From positions 301 to 64,300 of the forward strand of contig CAMLPN010000005.1 of NCBI GenBank assembly GCA_946481965.1: 64,000 nucleotides of DNA, read 5' to 3'. Below the pieces are notes generated by a model. The model was not told where the DNA came from and did not search any database. It was given only the letters and a program-made list of their open reading frames with translations. This document shows, one piece after another, positions 54,619-64,000 of the stretch (its first letter is position 1; each line of letters begins with the position of its first letter). Source of the DNA: an uncultured Neisseriaceae bacterium. Its GTDB lineage: Bacteria > Pseudomonadota > Gammaproteobacteria > Burkholderiales > Neisseriaceae. The translations under genes and the position numbers were made by a program.

Positions 54619-55842
54619 TTATCGGTGTTTATGCCAAGCACTACGGGAAAATGCCCATAGCAATACGGCACCTAAACTGGTTGAAATCAGCATCATGGTT
54701 GGCATAACACGCATAGTACCATTGTGTAACAAAGTAGTAAGCCAGCCAACCGTAGCGGCAATCAAAAATTGCATGGTACCGAGTACCGCATTGGCACTAC
54801 CAGCCACTTCGCGGAAGTAACTCATAAAACAAGCCTGTGTATTGGAACCAACCAAGCCTTGTGAACCAATTGAAAACATGATTAACAGCAGTAACAAAAA
54901 GAATGGTGGCTTATCTAATCCCCAAACGACAATAGTCAACAAAATATTACAAAATAATTGCAGCACGACACCACTGAGTAATATATTTTTAGCTGGTGTA
55001 GTACGCAAACGATAAGCTGTTATGCGGTTAAACATCATCATGGTAATTACATTGGCTCCAAACGCCCACGAATACTGATGAGAACTTAAGCCATACAAAT
55101 TCATATAGACAAATGAAGACTCAGTCAGAAAAACAAACATCGCCGCAAAGCCGGCAGTTTGAAAAAACATGAACCCCAGAGACTCGCGTTCCCGAAAAAC
55201 CAGGACAAAATTTCGTTTAATTTTACCGAAAACACGACTATCTAATGGCTGTATTTGCATATTGGCACGCGGCATAAATTGCCAGATACAAATCATGACC
55301 ACCAGTGCATAAAATACCAGAAAAACAAAGATACTGCGCCAGCCACCCAGAGCTGCCAATGCAGTACCAAGCATAGGTGCACCCAAAGGCGCCACTAAAG
55401 TAATTATGCCAATTGTAGCAAACATTCTGGCTGCGGCATTACCATGAAAAAAATCACGAACGGTCGCGCCAACGGTCACGGTTGCCATACCACCGCCCAT
55501 GGCCTGTATCCAGCGCCAGAATAACAGCTCTTGGGCCGAATCCACAAAAATAATGGCAATAGAAGACAGTAAATAAACACTCAGGCCGATTAAGGCGATA
55601 ATTTTTCGCCCTTTAATATCTGACAGCGACCCGCCCATTAACTGTCCCAAAGCCACACCAAACATAAAACTGGACAGACTTTGCTCAATTAAATGAATAT
55701 CTGCATGCAGAGAAACAGCCATCTGCGGTACAGAAGACAAATAAATATCGGTAGAAAAAGGCATAATGGCCACCATTATTGATAATAATAAGGCCAATTT
55801 GCGCGGATTAATCGATAAAGGTCGCGATGATTGATCAACCAT
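54619..55842 (-). CDS. Bcr/CflA-family MFS drug-resistance transporter
   Basis: PFSTDIYL, GSLSDIKGRK, RWIQAMGG, GWRSIF, SANAV.GT.QF. Confidence 0.88.
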   Translation of the reverse strand: MVDQSSRPLSINPRKLALLLSIMVAIMPFSTDIYLSSVPQMAVSLHADIHLIEQSLSSFMFGVALGQLMGGSLSDIKGRKIIALIGLSVYLLSSIAIIFVDSAQELLFWRWIQAMGGGMATVTVGATVRDFFHGNAAARMFATIGIITLVAPLGAPMLGTALAALGGWRSIFVFLVFYALVVMICIWQFMPRANMQIQPLDSRVFGKIKRNFVLVFRERESLGFMFFQTAGFAAMFVFLTESSFVYMNLYGLSSHQYSWAFGANVITMMMFNRITAYRLRTTPAKNILLSGVVLQLFCNILLTIVVWGLDKPPFFLLLLLIMFSIGSQGLVGSNTQACFMSYFREVAGSANAVLGTMQFLIAATVGWLTTLLHNGTMRVMPTMMLISTSLGAVLLWAFSRSAWHKHR

Positions 55843-56008
55843 AATTCACACCAACTTATATCTAAAATGGTTTAGCAAGCCAATAAAACACCTGCCAGCG
55901 TGTTAACAGGCTGTCAGTGACAGCAATATCCTGATTTGTGCCAGCAAATACCAGTATGGTAAAAATCTATCCTGCATAAATCTGATTTTGGAGCAGTTAG
56001 TGACAATA

Positions 56009-57154
<1,146 letters not shown>

Positions 57155-57169
57155 TTACCCTAAAATAGC

Positions 57170-57195
57170 TTCAGGCAGCTTTAAAGGCTGCCTGA
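57170..57195. repeat. Inverted pair of DUS-dialect-like motifs between alr and dapE
   Basis: TTCAGGCAGCT-ttaa-AGGCTGCCTGA; each arm is one mismatch from AGGCTGCCTGAA. Confidence 0.55.
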
Positions 57196-57271
57196 TAGCA
57201 TATTTATCTTTATAAACCAAATCACACTACTTGCCAAATATTTAACGGCAAATCATTGTGTAATGAAATAA

Positions 57272-58330
57272 TTATTCGTATGCCATTTCAGCGCGTTTAA
57301 CATTGCACAGCAGTTCATATGCAATGGTGCCTGCTGAAGTAGCTACTTCATTGACATTGACCACATCACCCCACAGCTCAACCTCGCTACCCAAAGCATG
57401 CTGATGGTCGGCCAGCTGTACAGTAAGCATATCCATCGATACCCTGCCCAGAATACGACTACGTATACCATCTATAGCAACTGGTGTCCCAGTTGCGGCT
57501 CGCCGCGGATAGCCATCAGCATATCCACAAGCCACCAGTCCTACCCGTGTCGACTGCGTAGTGACAAAGCTGGCACCATAACCAATGCTCTCACCCATCT
57601 GTAACACTCGTTCACCAAACACTTTACTAATTAACCGCATCACCGGTTTGAAACGGTTATCAGTACCACCTAATGGCGAAACCCCATATAACGCCAGCCC
57701 TGCTCTGCCCCAGCCACGCTGACTTTGTGGATAAGCCATCATTGCCGCAGAATTGGCCAGACTCACTTCACCGGCTAAATTGGCACAGGCCAGATCAAAT
57801 GTATTAATTTGTTCGGCAGTCATCGTTTTCATCGGTTCATCAGCGCAGGCAAAATGTGTCATTTTCACCACTTCTGCCACTTTATCACTTTGCACCAATG
57901 CCTGATAAACAGGTGCATAATCATGGGGGAAAAAACCAGTACGGTGCATACCTGAATCCATTTTCAGCCATACATTCACAGGTTTTTGCCATGCAAAAGC
58001 CAGTAACGCTTCCAGCTGCCATTGATTACCTACTACTGGCCATAAATTGTAACGATCTACTAACTCATACTCTTCAGCAGCGAAGACACCTTCCAACATC
58101 ACAATTGGATTATCAATTCCGGCCTTACGTAGCTCAAGCGCTTCATCAATCGAAGAAACCGCAAAACCATCCGTCAGATCTGTTAATGCCCGCGCACAGT
58201 TAATAGCACCATGACCGTAAGCATTGGCTTTCACCACCGCCAACATCCTGCCATTGCCATGCATCTGCTTTAATGTCAGAAAATTCTCTCGTAAATGATT
58301 TAAGCGAATTTGCGCAACCAAAGGGCGCAT
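57272..58330 (-). CDS. alr: Alanine racemase (catabolic DadX context)
   Basis: AVVKANAYGHG, KMDSGMHR.G, GYADGYPR, GRVSMD. Confidence 0.96.
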   Translation of the reverse strand: MRPLVAQIRLNHLRENFLTLKQMHGNGRMLAVVKANAYGHGAINCARALTDLTDGFAVSSIDEALELRKAGIDNPIVMLEGVFAAEEYELVDRYNLWPVVGNQWQLEALLAFAWQKPVNVWLKMDSGMHRTGFFPHDYAPVYQALVQSDKVAEVVKMTHFACADEPMKTMTAEQINTFDLACANLAGEVSLANSAAMMAYPQSQRGWGRAGLALYGVSPLGGTDNRFKPVMRLISKVFGERVLQMGESIGYGASFVTTQSTRVGLVACGYADGYPRRAATGTPVAIDGIRSRILGRVSMDMLTVQLADHQHALGSEVELWGDVVNVNEVATSAGTIAYELLCNVKRAEMAYE

Positions 58331-58523
58331 AAATAATCTCCTTGCTGAGAAAAATATCGAGTTGTAGTCATGTTATCCCATTCCTACTGTAAACCACATC
58401 AACAGTTTTACTTACATGGAATACACTATATGCACATTATACTGCTACCCATGTCTAAACCAAGCAGGAAAATATTTTTCATCATTGCTAAAAATAAATT
58501 ACTTCTTCATTACAGAAAAAAAA

Positions 58524-59780
58524 TCATATATAGCGCGCCAACGATAAATCTTGGCAATCAATTTCAGGTTTAATCCCACTTATCAAATCAGCCATAACTC
58601 GTCCACAGCCCAGCCCCATTGTCCAGCCTAAAGTACCGTGACCGGTATTGATAGATAAATTAGCAAAACGGCTACCGCCAACAATCGGTGTACCGTCGGG
58701 TGTCATAGGACGTAGCCCGCTCCAGAATTGAGTCTGATGATTATCATAACTAGCCGGAAACAACTCATTAACGACCATTTTCAGTGTTTCCTGACGTTGT
58801 AAGGGTAAATGAATCCGATAACCAGATAATTCTGCCATTCCCGCCACACGTATCCGCTGATCAAAACGCGTTACTGCTACCTTATGCTTTTCATCAATCA
58901 CAGTTGAAACAGGCGCAAGCGTTTCATCTGCTATTGGCAATGTTAGAGAATAGCCTTTAACTGGGTATACCGGAATCCGAATTCCCAATTGTTTTAACAC
59001 AGGACGAGAAAAACTACCTAAAGCGCATACATAATGTTCGGCACTAAACCATTCATTATTGGCTTTTATCCCTTTGATCAAACATTTATCCTGCCGAATT
59101 TCCGTGATATGGTGCTTATACAGGAACTTTACTCCTATAGCAGCACAACGTTCAGCCAATTTTGTCGTGAATAAATGACAATCACCCGTACCATCTTCTG
59201 ACAAATACAATCCTCCGGCTAACTTTCCAGCCATATGTGCTAAAGCCGGTTCGTACTCAACACAATCCATAGCAGAATTTAACAACCGTACTGGGGTATT
59301 CCACTCCTGCAAAATCGCCAAGTCAGCTTTAGCTTCAGCCATTTCTTCATCAGTACGAAAAATCTGCAAAATTCCCTTTTGCCGGCCTTCAAACTGAATA
59401 TGCTCTTCAGCTTCGAGCTCTTTAAGCATGGCACGACTATATTCAGCAATGCGCACCATACGCTCCTTATTAACCGCAAAACTACGCTTATTACAGTTTG
59501 CGTACATCTGCCAAAGCCATTGTAGCTGAAATAAACTACCATCTGGACGAAAGATAAACGGAGCATGCTTTTTAAAAAACCATTTCATTGCCTTAATCGG
59601 CACACCCGGCGCAGCCCACGGAGCAGAGTATCCATAGGATAGCTGGCCGGCATTAGCAAAACTCGTTTCCAATGCTGCCTGTTCGCCACGTTCCAGTACC
59701 GTTACTTCATGTCCGGCTTTAGCCAGATACCAGGCAGTACTTACCCCAATAATACCTGCCCCCATTACCAACACTTTCAT
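58524..59780 (-). CDS. dadA: D-amino acid dehydrogenase
   Basis: GAGIIG, TSFANAGQLS, YPVKGYS, GLRPMTPDG, GHGTLGWT. Confidence 0.95.
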   Translation of the reverse strand: MKVLVMGAGIIGVSTAWYLAKAGHEVTVLERGEQAALETSFANAGQLSYGYSAPWAAPGVPIKAMKWFFKKHAPFIFRPDGSLFQLQWLWQMYANCNKRSFAVNKERMVRIAEYSRAMLKELEAEEHIQFEGRQKGILQIFRTDEEMAEAKADLAILQEWNTPVRLLNSAMDCVEYEPALAHMAGKLAGGLYLSEDGTGDCHLFTTKLAERCAAIGVKFLYKHHITEIRQDKCLIKGIKANNEWFSAEHYVCALGSFSRPVLKQLGIRIPVYPVKGYSLTLPIADETLAPVSTVIDEKHKVAVTRFDQRIRVAGMAELSGYRIHLPLQRQETLKMVVNELFPASYDNHQTQFWSGLRPMTPDGTPIVGGSRFANLSINTGHGTLGWTMGLGCGRVMADLISGIKPEIDCQDLSLARYI

Positions 59781-59941
59781 TGACTTAAATCCTTAACAAT
59801 AAAATTTTCTTATTTTTGACAGACACATCAGCTTTGTAATGACTATTAGTCTAAACAAATATATACAATGAATTTCACTTTTATCAAACCCAAAAAAATA
59901 GTATTTTATTAAATTCAATTAACATTAAGGAACAAAGCAAC

Positions 59942-60403
59942 ATGAATATTGATAAAATTGATATGAAAATACTCTCTATTCTGCAAAAAAATGCTCGTAT
60001 TACCATGACCGAGCTGGCTGATACAGTAGGTCTATCCACTACCCCAGTAACCGAGCGGGTTCGGCGACTGGAGCGAGAAAATATCATCACTGGCTATCAT
60101 GCCCGACTCAATCCGCGCGCGCTCAATCAAAGCTTACTGGTATTTGTTGAAATCAAACTGCGTTCCAAATCTGGCAATATATTTGAAGATTTCCGTCGTG
60201 AAGTACTCACGATTCCCCATATACTGGAATGCCACCTCATTTCAGGAGAGTATGATTACTTGATCAAAATACGCTTACCGAATATGCATGCCTATCGCAA
60301 TATGCTTGGTAATATATTATTACAATTACCGGCAGCAGCAGAAAGTCGCAGCTATGTAGTCATGGAAGAAGTGAAAGAAGATCACATCCTGCATTTAGAT
60401 TAA
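59942..60403 (+). CDS. lrp: Leucine-responsive regulatory protein
   Basis: LDKIDMKIL-like start, ELADTVGLSTTPVTERVRRLE, CHLISGEYDY; divergent from dadA. Confidence 0.93.
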   Translation: MNIDKIDMKILSILQKNARITMTELADTVGLSTTPVTERVRRLERENIITGYHARLNPRALNQSLLVFVEIKLRSKSGNIFEDFRREVLTIPHILECHLISGEYDYLIKIRLPNMHAYRNMLGNILLQLPAAAESRSYVVMEEVKEDHILHLD

Positions 60404-60614
60404 GCAAGAAAAGCCATTGATACATCGCCAGTGCAGGAAACTAAACAGTATTTACAATGGCTAAGAAATTTAAAACCAGCCATAAATCTAGCCACAGATC
60501 GAAAATTAATATACATTACCAGACTAATTGGCTAGAATAATATTTTAACCAATTGAAATTAAGCAATAAAGCTCTCCATTTCCTTGCCTATTAATCTTTT
60601 AATAAGAGTTTTCA

Positions 60615-61358
60615 GTGTCTGAAAAAATATTTAAATCTGTGCTACTGAGTTTGTCGGTTTGCTTAGCCCCTATTCTGGCTCAAGCTGATTCCATTGGTCT
60701 GGGTGCTAGCTGGACAAATTCGCCCTATAAAGGCTATGGTGGACAGTTTGAACCATTGCCACAAATAGATATAGATAATGGCAAATTCTTTATTGATGAT
60801 TTAAGTATCGGTGCTTACCTATATAAAACTGATAATCAGGAAGTCACCGTTGATATAAGTTATTTGCCAGTTCAATTTAAACCGAAAGACACAGACAACC
60901 GACAACTGAAGAAACTAGACAAACGTCATCCCACAGCCATTGCCGAACTTGGTTATTCCATCACCACGGCAATCGGTAATATTTCCACCACCATTGGCGG
61001 AGATATCCTTAACAACAGCAACAGCGTATTACTGGATGCCAGCTATAATTTAGCGTTTAGCGGCGATAAATGGGTGGTATTACCATCCCTTGGGCTAGGC
61101 TGGGCCAACAGTCATCACAACGACTATTATTATGGTATTTCACATCAGGAGGCCAATCGTTCTGATCTGCCTGTGCATCACGCCAAATCATCTTTTACAC
61201 CTTATGCATCCCTCACAGGTAGCTATAAAATGACCAAACAAATCAATGGCTTTGCTGGCATGCGTATCGATAAACTAACTGGTGATGTCAAAAATAGTCC
61301 GATGATTGAACACAGCGTCGTACCCAGTATTTTTGCCGGACTCAATTATGCATTCTGA
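60615..61358 (+). CDS. mipA: MipA/OmpV-family outer membrane protein (GTG start)
   Basis: Signal peptide, SPYKG, LDKRH, HNDYYYGIS, SPMI, terminal YAF. Confidence 0.85.
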   Translation: MSEKIFKSVLLSLSVCLAPILAQADSIGLGASWTNSPYKGYGGQFEPLPQIDIDNGKFFIDDLSIGAYLYKTDNQEVTVDISYLPVQFKPKDTDNRQLKKLDKRHPTAIAELGYSITTAIGNISTTIGGDILNNSNSVLLDASYNLAFSGDKWVVLPSLGLGWANSHHNDYYYGISHQEANRSDLPVHHAKSSFTPYASLTGSYKMTKQINGFAGMRIDKLTGDVKNSPMIEHSVVPSIFAGLNYAF

Positions 61359-61783
61359 ATTTAATATTATTTGATTCTTATATCTCAACCGCTCAAAGTG
61401 AAAACAATTATGTGAACGTAGAATTAACATTTTTGCATCAAAACATAAACCCATTACAATCATAATTTATCACCAGAAAACTCTATCCATTAGTATTCTT
61501 ATTTACACCAGCTACTTATTTGCTGTAATGATCTAAAAAAACGTCAGGCACATTTCTGCAAAACCATCATTAATGGTTATTTCAAATTTCCTTTGACACC
61601 ATTTGGCTGTTTAGGAATCAAAACCATCTATTCAACGCTACTATTCTTCTTGATAAATTCCAAAAAAATTTTCAAATCACTGAATAAGGTAACTCTAACC
61701 ATTGCAAGCAGCTAAATTCAGCCTGTGTTTGTTATCAACATTTATAATGACAAAGTTATAATATTTTATTCTGAAAAATAACT

Positions 61784-62668
61784 TTAGCTAATCAATTCGT
61801 TTCCCTCAAATAAAGCTGCCAGCAAAGCAGTTTGCTCATCTAAATCACTTTTGTTCTCATTCAAAAACAAATACACAGATGTCGTACGATGAGCTCCCTG
61901 CAACAATGGCAACACAACTAACTCACCATTAAGCAATTGAGTTTTAATTCTTTCCTCAGGCAACCAGCCATAACCTACCCCATTAATTACAGCTTCAATA
62001 GCAGCTTCGACAGTGGTAAACGTCCAGTTTTCGGCCGTAGCTACCTGTCGATCAGCTAATTGCTGCTGGTCACGGCTAACAATTTCAATTAAAGGATAAC
62101 GAGCCAAATCATTCTGACATAAAGGAGGCGGCAACTTTAATATAGGATGGTCACGCTGTACGACAGCGACAAAATCCACATTTAGCAACCATTTCCCTGC
62201 AGCAACCATCTCATTAGGAGAAGTAATAATATAGACATCAGCACGGCGCTGCTGCAATGTCGCAAATCGTTCACTACGTAATACTTCCGTCAGGTGAATT
62301 TGAGTAGACGGGTAAATCTGCTGAAAATGACGCAGCACTGTAAACAGACGTGATTTTGGAAAAATACTGTCTACCACCAAATCCAGCCGTGCCCGCTCCC
62401 CCCCTTTTAAAGCCAAAGCACGATTTTCCAAAGCTTGAAAACCACGCAATAATGGCGACGCTTGCGCCAGCAATTGCTGCCCCATTGGTGTTAACTCAGC
62501 CTTGCGCCCCACTACCTTAAGTAAAGACACACCCAGTCGTTGCTGCATTAAACCGATCTGATAACTCAAAGAAGACTGACTGCGGTGACAGACCGTGGCT
62601 GCACGCGCAAAACTGCCGTAATTGACTACTGCCTGTAATAATTGCCATTGCTCCAGCGTTGTTTTCAT
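61784..62668 (-). CDS. LysR-family transcriptional regulator
   Basis: TTLEQW, GSFARAA, SQSSLSY, GRKAELT, GYGWLP; start 62668 or 62680. Confidence 0.92.
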   Translation of the reverse strand: MKTTLEQWQLLQAVVNYGSFARAATVCHRSQSSLSYQIGLMQQRLGVSLLKVVGRKAELTPMGQQLLAQASPLLRGFQALENRALALKGGERARLDLVVDSIFPKSRLFTVLRHFQQIYPSTQIHLTEVLRSERFATLQQRRADVYIITSPNEMVAAGKWLLNVDFVAVVQRDHPILKLPPPLCQNDLARYPLIEIVSRDQQQLADRQVATAENWTFTTVEAAIEAVINGVGYGWLPEERIKTQLLNGELVVLPLLQGAHRTTSVYLFLNENKSDLDEQTALLAALFEGNELIS

Positions 62669-62678
62669 ATTGAAACCC

Positions 62679-62693
62679 ATCGAAATTTTCGAT
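62679..62693. promoter_or_regulatory. Candidate LysR recognition site
   Basis: Palindrome ATCGAAA-T-TTTCGAT containing T-N11-A, between the divergent LysR and pad genes. Confidence 0.7.
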
Positions 62694-62773
62694 TATTTTA
62701 GCCTAAAAATAGCGTTATTAATCTAATAAACAAATCATTAAACTATCCTGGTTACTTAATGTGGAAAACAATC

Positions 62774-63277
62774 ATGCAAAAATTTGATAAAAATGACCTT
62801 AGCCAGCTTTTAGGCAAACAACTGGTATATACCTATGATAATGGCTGGAATTATGAATTCTATGTCAAAAACAGCAACACCATAGATTATCGTATCCACA
62901 GTGGTATAGTCGCCAATCGCTGGGTAAAAGATCAGCATGTTTATATCGTGCAGGTAGCCAAATCAGTTTATAAAATATCCTGGACTGAGCCTACTGGCAC
63001 AGACGTTAGTTTAATGGTTAATCTGGAAGATAAAATCTTTCACGGCACCATATTCTTCCCGCGCTGGGTGATGAACAATCCAGACAAAACGGTTTGTTTT
63101 CAAAACCAGCACATCGCGCAAATGGAAGCCTATCGTGATACCGGCCCAGCCTACCCAACCGAAGTTATTGATGAATTTGCTACCATCACCTTTATTCGCG
63201 ATTGTGGCATAAACGATGACACAATAATTAATTGCCCGGCCAGTGAATTACCAGCTGATTTCCCGCACAATTTATAA
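62774..63277 (+). CDS. padC: Phenolic acid decarboxylase
   Basis: YTYDNGWNYE, IDYRIHSG, SWTEPTGT, HGTIFFPRWV, TVCFQN, EFATITF. Confidence 0.95.
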   Translation: MQKFDKNDLSQLLGKQLVYTYDNGWNYEFYVKNSNTIDYRIHSGIVANRWVKDQHVYIVQVAKSVYKISWTEPTGTDVSLMVNLEDKIFHGTIFFPRWVMNNPDKTVCFQNQHIAQMEAYRDTGPAYPTEVIDEFATITFIRDCGINDDTIINCPASELPADFPHNL

Positions 63278-63290
63278 TTAATTTGTAGAC

Positions 63291-63325
63291 CAAACAGGGT
63301 GATAATCTATTATTCACCCTGTTTG
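63291..63325 (+). terminator. Hairpin after pad
   Basis: CAAACAGGGTGA...TCACCCTGTTTG. Confidence 0.7.
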
Positions 63326-63619
63326 CTTAACTAAACAGCTAGCAAATCGATAACCACCAATAATGGCATTCAGCGTATTCTTATAGATAGATTATTTTTT
63401 CAGGCCAGATACGAATGCCAATCTTCTCGGCCACTTAGTTTATTACTGGGTCAATTTTTCTTGTCGATAATGAACAATTGCCGCATAAGGCAAATCTGCT
63501 TTTTGTCCAACTATCCTATCTTGCTGGTTATACTACGCAGTAATTTCTTAGACTGAATGTTTTTCAAAAAATGGTTGCTACATATTTTGGCTGCTTCGTG
63601 GCAACACAACTAAACAGCA

Positions 63620-64000
63620 TTACAAATTAGGTATATTCTTAATCATTTCTATACACATCAAATAATCATAAAGCGGAAATAATTGTTTAAATCCTTTTGC
63701 CAGTTTTTCAGCCAAATCAGCGCGTAATACATCTTCAATATGATTATTAGTAACCATTACCGCCAGATTTTTACGATTATACCAAGTGGCTATTTTCGCA
63801 TCCTGTTCCTTAATTAACGGGCGCTTATAACTTTCACCGACAAGCTCAAAAGGCTTTTTTACACATCGCGTGATTTCTAGAAATTTGGCAGTATTATTCA
63901 ATATTTCTTCGCGAAAAATATCCATAGTTTGTTTGGAGGCACAATAATATCCAAGTCCATAGCGATAACAATCCGCACTAATTTCAAAAAAATAAGCTGG
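63620..64000 (-). CDS. DUF2461-family protein, C-terminal part (runs off the right edge)
   Basis: The frame is open from the edge: PAYFFEISADCYRYGLGYY...MDIFRE, GESYKRP, F..L.PLYDYL. Confidence 0.75.
   Translation of the reverse strand, partial: PAYFFEISADCYRYGLGYYCASKQTMDIFREEILNNTAKFLEITRCVKKPFELVGESYKRPLIKEQDAKIATWYNRKNLAVMVTNNHIEDVLRADLAEKLAKGFKQLFPLYDYLMCIEMIKNIPNL

Noticed and set aside
63340-63610. TGGCATTC/GAATGCCA inverted repeat and protein-like fragments between pad and the DUF2461 gene
   Set aside because: Short arms with a long spacer and no recurrence elsewhere; cannot support a MITE or a gene

Overview
Chromosomal window from an AT-rich member of the Neisseriaceae. The neisserial porin, RmpM, RluC and TyrS sequences and the gene inventory suggest a Snodgrassella-like bee-gut symbiont (inference, not a database result). 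It is mostly housekeeping: 4 tRNAs, xth/pyrE, porin, rne/rluC, rng/cysE, ychF, tyrS/argG, cysB, the yceD-rpmF-plsX-fabH-fabD-fabG cluster, metG, pheA, dapE and lrp-dadA-alr. Several catabolic modules look Gammaproteobacteria-like: a complete sigma54-type atoDAEB-atoSC cluster with a readable -24/-12 promoter and enhancer palindrome, an ATP-dependent dihydroxyacetone kinase, and a LysR plus phenolic acid decarboxylase pair. The most striking feature hidden from the ORF track is a decayed polymorphic-toxin cassette between fabH and fabD. It holds a frameshifted His-Me-finger endonuclease toxin with an unusual N-terminal module, a dead cognate immunity gene and an intact immunity paralog. Also present are a tandem rmpM duplicate with a single nonsense codon, a long structured rne leader, other orphan immunity-like or decaying genes, and vestigial DUS-like inverted repeats. 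I saw no integrase, transposase, prophage structural genes, rRNA or CRISPR array.
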